Part shown: one piece after another, positions 58,185-64,000 of the stretch | Layout: every line of letters begins with the position of its first letter | Numbering within the stretch: the first letter of the stretch is position 1 | NCBI RefSeq assembly: GCF_009914755.1 | Contig: NC_060926.1 | DNA: 64,000 nucleotides | Origin: the human T2T-CHM13v2.0 reference genome, Homo sapiens | Strand: one strand, 5' to 3' | Position numbers and translations under genes: made by a program | The notes under the pieces: generated by a model | What the model was told of the DNA's origin: nothing | The model's input: only the letters and a program-made list of their open reading frames with translations | Databases searched by the model: none

Positions 58185-58221
<37 letters not shown>
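58185..58221. repeat. (CA)n microsatellite, about 18 units
   Basis: Directly visible. Confidence 0.97.
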
Positions 58222-58223
<2 letters not shown>

Positions 58224-58764
58224 CTAAGATCGTATTCTTTTCAAAGTAGTTTTTATAGCAGTAACATGGGAGGCCCTTCCCCTAATCCCACCTGGAGGCC
58301 TGGCATGAATTGTTTTTACTCACCCATTATTTTTGATGAGATTAGAAATGTTTAACTTGAGATCAAAACTCTCATTGCCTCCAGAAAACATGCTTTGTGT
58401 TAGGCAAGGCTTTCGATGCTTTAGGGAATTCATGGTGTATTTGGGTTGTTTGATCAAGTATTCCAAACAAGGGCACGGTTCCACTTTCTTCCGTGAATTT
58501 CCATGTAAATCCAGGGAGTATTAATTGAGTGTCTATTGTGTGTTCAGAACTGAGTGCTCTATTCTTCAGGGAAGACGCAAAAATATAGTCCTTGTACTCA
58601 AGAAGGAAACAGCTTGATTGAGAGATATTTGTAATCCCTAGATAATGAAGTTCACAGCTTTTTCTGTATTCCAGTTATAAGCATGTCTTTCTAATTCTGA
58701 TGTGAAACAGTGTTGTAGGGTGTGTGTGTGTGCACGTGCATGCGCGTGCATTTGTGGTCATCCA

Positions 58765-59200
58765 GGAAGCAGTGTGGGGTAGCAGGAAGTGCGCAGGGTT
58801 AGAATCAGACAGGCCTGGCTTTGATTCTTGCCAATGTTTACTGTCTGTCCTTGGGCAAGTCACTAAATCTCTCTTAGCCTCAGTTTCTTCTTCTGTCAAG
58901 TGGGGTGATAATAGTAGCTACTTATTGCAGAAATTAAATGTAGCTGCGTCTGATCCCCTGGCACAGTGCAGTATGCAGTGCTGATAGGGAAAGCTAAAAT
59001 TTGCAGAGCGCTCACAGCCTGCCTGGAGCATTTTACATGCAGTAATTCTCCAAGCCTTACAACACCTCCTCACAAAATAGGTTATTCTTAGCCCCATTTT
59101 ACAGTTGAGAAACCTGAGGCTCAGGGATTGCACAGCCAGTTGGCAGCAGGCAGGGATTCAAATGCACACATCTGTTTCTAAAGTCTGGGCTCCTAACAGC
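58765..59200. mobile_element. Two MIRs tail-to-tail (+ about 58765-58990; - about 59020-59200)
   Basis: ccttgggcaagtcactaaatctctc...cctcagtttc and ccccattttacagttgagaaacctgaggctcag. Confidence 0.7.
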
Positions 59201-61143
59201 GTCTGTGACATTCAGTAAATGGAAGCCGCTCCTTTTGAGTCACCACCTTCCCAAGGGGTAGAGAAAATAAGTTCTGATAGGAATTCTTGCTTTCCAAAGA
59301 AAGCAATTATCTAACTTTGCCGTATTGCAAAATCCAGCTTACTCCATTTCTTGACAGAAATGAGCACCTGTTGGCTAAGAAGAAACTGCTTCATATTCAC
59401 CTCTTCCTTTAATCCAGTGTTAAATGAGTCCATGACCTCCTCTCTCCAGTCAGCTGTGAGGTTGTTTCCATAGTCCCATACCTTTGGTTGAGAGACGGAG
59501 AGTAGAAGGGGAGTTTATGGCTCTGCTGCCTTTGTTCATGAGAATCAAAAGTGTCAGGTCAGATTCGCTGATTCTTGGGGCTCTTAATGGAGTGGATGCT
59601 GGTTCTGAAACATCAGCTAAACAATTTTATGATTCTTTGACCCTAATTCTTAGTCTCAATGTCAATAAAGTGGTTCAGATGAGAGGGAAGAGTTCAAACA
59701 TAAGCAAACAAGAAGCCTACGCATGCCATTTTGCAGAAGCAGATATTTCAGAAGGAAAAGGTTTAGCCATTTGGTTATTTCTTCTGGTCCCCCTGGGGTG
59801 GAGGAAAAGGATAGGGTAGTTTAATGACATGGACCAATGAATGGCTGAGACCATCCCATCTGTATTTGTTGACTAAGTGATGTGGTGAGCAAGTGGATGT
59901 TACAGATGAGGATACATAGCATTATCCTGCCCTCAGAGCGCTTTCAGGCAAGTTAGAGATGCATTCATGAAAATAAGCATAAAGAAGGAAAAGAAAACAC
60001 TTTCTGCAGAGTCTGTTTTAGGCCAAGACAGGATGGAGATCGAAATTTGTAAACTCAACCCTTTCAGCCAATTGCTCTTTCAGGGAGAGTAATGTGGCAA
60101 AGAAGAGAGACTGTTCTCGTTTCATTTGTACCATTTCTTTGGATATAAATTCTGTAGGTCTGAAAGCAAAGGTCTGCCCAGAAAGGCTGTAGCCCTTTTG
60201 GAGGACTCCAGCCCCATGCACACTTGCAGAGTGCCCCTGCATGCAGGCACAGTGCAGTGAGAACCCCGGGCCCTCAGCATTGGACAGTGGGCTGATGCTC
60301 CCAGCTGGAGCCTGTCGTGCTAATTTTGCTGTGATTTCCTTTCATAGGCTTTGGATTGGGTTTTACTTACATCATCATAAGCTCCCACACGGGGGGAAAA
60401 AATGGCAGTAAAACATCTCTGAGGCTTCCTCTTTGTTTTTTTTTTTTTTATGGTTAAGGCAGCAGCAGGCATTGTGAGAACGCAGGAGGTAATAGGACAT
60501 GCGATTCGTGTATATTACCTTGTAATTTCCAGATGAGTGATTCTGTTCTCAAAACAAAGGGGAAAGTAGAACTGTACTTGCAGGCAGAATGCTAATTCTT
60601 CCTGTAGCCCAGTAAACGATGGAATGGAAAAGGGGCCTCCCTCTGCTGAGGGGCTTTTGGCTTTTACCCTGCTAGCGTTCTTTGATTGGCTCAGAGGAGT
60701 TGTCAGAGAAGCGTGGTGTCTGGCAGGCTTAGAAACTTGGGAATGTCTTCGTTCAAGGAGATCCAGAACCTCTCTGGGGGCATCTGAGGCAAAAGGCAGT
60801 TTACTAAAGCCTTTTCAATAATTTCAGTAAATTTTAAATTGAAAAGAGATGATCAGGAATGCACCACTTGAAAATGCTGCCTTTCTTTAGAAAAGGCTAA
60901 ACGTTTCTTTTTAGAATTTTGGTGACAAGTTCCTAACTATCATGTTCCAATTAAATGGTGCCTGTGTTACTGTTAACTAAGAGTCACTATGAAATTAGGC
61001 CAGCTTCCCATTTGGGCCCAGACACTTTCTGCTAACTGTGGTTAAGAGTAAAGCTGTTCTGTTGCTTCTCGGGAGAATAGACAGCCTCAGCTGCTCTCAG
61101 TCACCCCCAGACGCTTTGCTAAGTCTCTGCAATAGTTCCCTAA

Positions 61144-61553
<410 letters not shown>

Positions 61554-62127
61554 TGAGACTCTGAGCCCAGTGATGCCCCCAAACCGCATGGCCTCAGCAT
61601 GCAGGGATGCTGCCTGGGCTATGGAAGTGAGGGGTTGTGCACCTGTCTCCAGACTCTAAGCCTGGGCACAGGAGGGGACTGCACTGACCTTATATGGACC
61701 TTGATTTATGCCGAAGTTACCCAAAATGTATTATGGAGAATATTAATCCCAGGAAATGCCCCCAAAATAATTGCGGACTGTATGTTTACTGTTTCTCCCT
61801 TGTGGAGAATTTTAGGGCTTCTCAGCACATTAAAGATGCTAAGACTGCAATTAGCAAATAACCAAAAATCATACAATCCTGCATTTAAAAAATTATCCTG
61901 AAAAATAAAAACATAGTGGCAAGAAAATAACCTCCTCTGGCCATGGTCCTTCCCCTTTCTTCAAGTAATTCTTCATGATTTTCCACAGAAGACCCATTGA
62001 CCAACACTATCTTAGGCAATAGATATGTCATCTGTATTCCCATTATAATTATACATTTTCTTATATATAAAAAATTCCAAAACAACATTTGAAAAATTCT
62101 GAAATGTTTGAAGATGTGAGCAAAGAT

Positions 62128-62285
<158 letters not shown>

Positions 62286-62288
62286 TAA

Positions 62289-62630
<342 letters not shown>

Positions 62631-62914
62631 CCAGTCAGTTTTAATAGGAATGCTCATAGATGCTCTTTGTTAATGTGCATGACCAGCTCTAATGTATTCT
62701 TTAGGAAAGTTCACCTTTTATGGACAGCACTGTCTTCACTGAGCATCGTGTGCTGCAGTTGCCTCTTAAAACTGTGAGCACCTATTTGGTATATTTCAGT
62801 TCTACCAGAAATGTGTGTTCCTTCTACAACCTCAGTCGTAGGCACTGTGGAGACTACAAAGGAAGAATAAGGCCTAGTCCTGATATGCCTTCTAGAAAGG
62901 TTCAGTTTGCTCCA

Positions 62915-62915
62915 T

Positions 62916-62954
<39 letters not shown>

Positions 62955-62965
62955 TTATTATTATT
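62915..62965. repeat. (TTTA)n / (TTA)n microsatellite
   Basis: Directly visible. Confidence 0.9.
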
Positions 62966-63122
62966 TTGCTCAGTTTATAAAACTCAGATTTGAGAAGCCT
63001 AGTGCTGCACCCTTTTCAGTTCCTGTCCCATCCTATAATGCAGAACTAGTGACCCCAGGTAAGATATGCCAGAATTCCCCGTCTGGAAGGAACTTGGGTA
63101 TCAGTGTGTCTTTGGTTTAGGC

Positions 63123-63600
63123 ATTAACTATTCTGGGTTTCTGTTGCTATGTAACAAACCACCCCAAAATGTGAGGGATTAAAGCAATGGCATTCATTTT
63201 GCTCATGGATCTTTGACTAGGGTAGGGCTTGGCAGGGAGTGCCTGTTTCGTTCCAGGTGGTATCAGCCAGAGTAGCTCAAAGATGGTGGGTAGAACCCCC
63301 TGAAGACACGCTCACTCCCACACCTTTGGTTGATGTTGGCTTTCAACCAGCATGTCCACTGGAAGTAGCTTTCCCTATGGAGATATGGCTTCCTCACAAC
63401 ACGTGGTTGCATTCAAGGGCGAATGTCACGGGGAAGCTCTATCTCCTCTTAGTACCTGGCTTTGGAAGCCAAACATTGTCACTGCTGCTGCTATCTATTC
63501 ATCAGGAGCCAGCCTCCAAGTCCAGCCTTTATTCAAGGGAAGGAGAATTAGAACCCATCTTTTGATGGGAGAGCTTCAGAGAATTTAAATGCTGTGTGTC
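63123..63600 (-). mobile_element. MLT1 (F/G/H-like) MaLR LTR
   Basis: tgttgctatgtaacaaaccaccccaaaat; cattttgctcatggatc; attcaagggaaggagaattagaacccatcttttgatggga. Confidence 0.75.
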
Positions 63601-64000
63601 AGAATCACCATATCAATGTCCTCACTGTTTTTTAAGAGGAAACTGAGGAACGTGTGGTTGGGAGTGCCTTGCTTACTCTCTCCTGGCTTAGGTGCCGAAC
63701 GAGGATGAGAACTCACATCTTCTGAAGTCTGTCTAGTGCTCATCTCAGCCAAGCCAAATTGTCTGGATTCTCTTCTTCCCTCCACCTCTCTTCAGCTCCC
63801 GGTGGGAATTGGGAACATGAAAATAGGATGCCTCATAGAATGCCTTTAGCTCCTCACCATAGAGACCCTCCAAGGGCAAGAAGTCACTCTTCAGAGAGCT
63901 GCACATCTATCTGCATACCTATTTGTACCTCTTGTTCAAATACCAGCTCTTCTTGGCAGCAAGGGAGCCTGCTAGTGCTCCCTTCACCAGTTCCGAACAT

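Overview
Human (or great-ape) genomic DNA, dense in Alu, L1, MIR and L2 repeats. The only securely identified gene element is a 54-nt exon at 55427-55480 (+). It holds the start codon of NPAS2, the circadian bHLH-PAS paralogue of CLOCK (MDEDEKDRAKR...). The window is therefore most of the large intron upstream of that exon plus about 8.5 kb of the next intron. The listed ORFs appear to be repeat-derived or chance. Main points of interest: (i) a near-perfect 75-bp inverted templated insertion that would pair with, and mask, a cryptic 5' splice site at the end of an ORF in frame with NPAS2; (ii) the 5'UTR part of the NPAS2 start exon is open in frame and CLOCK-like, and candidate upstream ATG-plus-donor mini-exons (best at 6842-6870) would join it in frame; (iii) clock-type cis-elements, namely a duplicated E-box/DR2 composite, a perfect D-box, and a DR5/RORE/ARE cluster. 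Repeat subfamily names come from recalled consensus sequences and boundaries are approximate; no database search was run.
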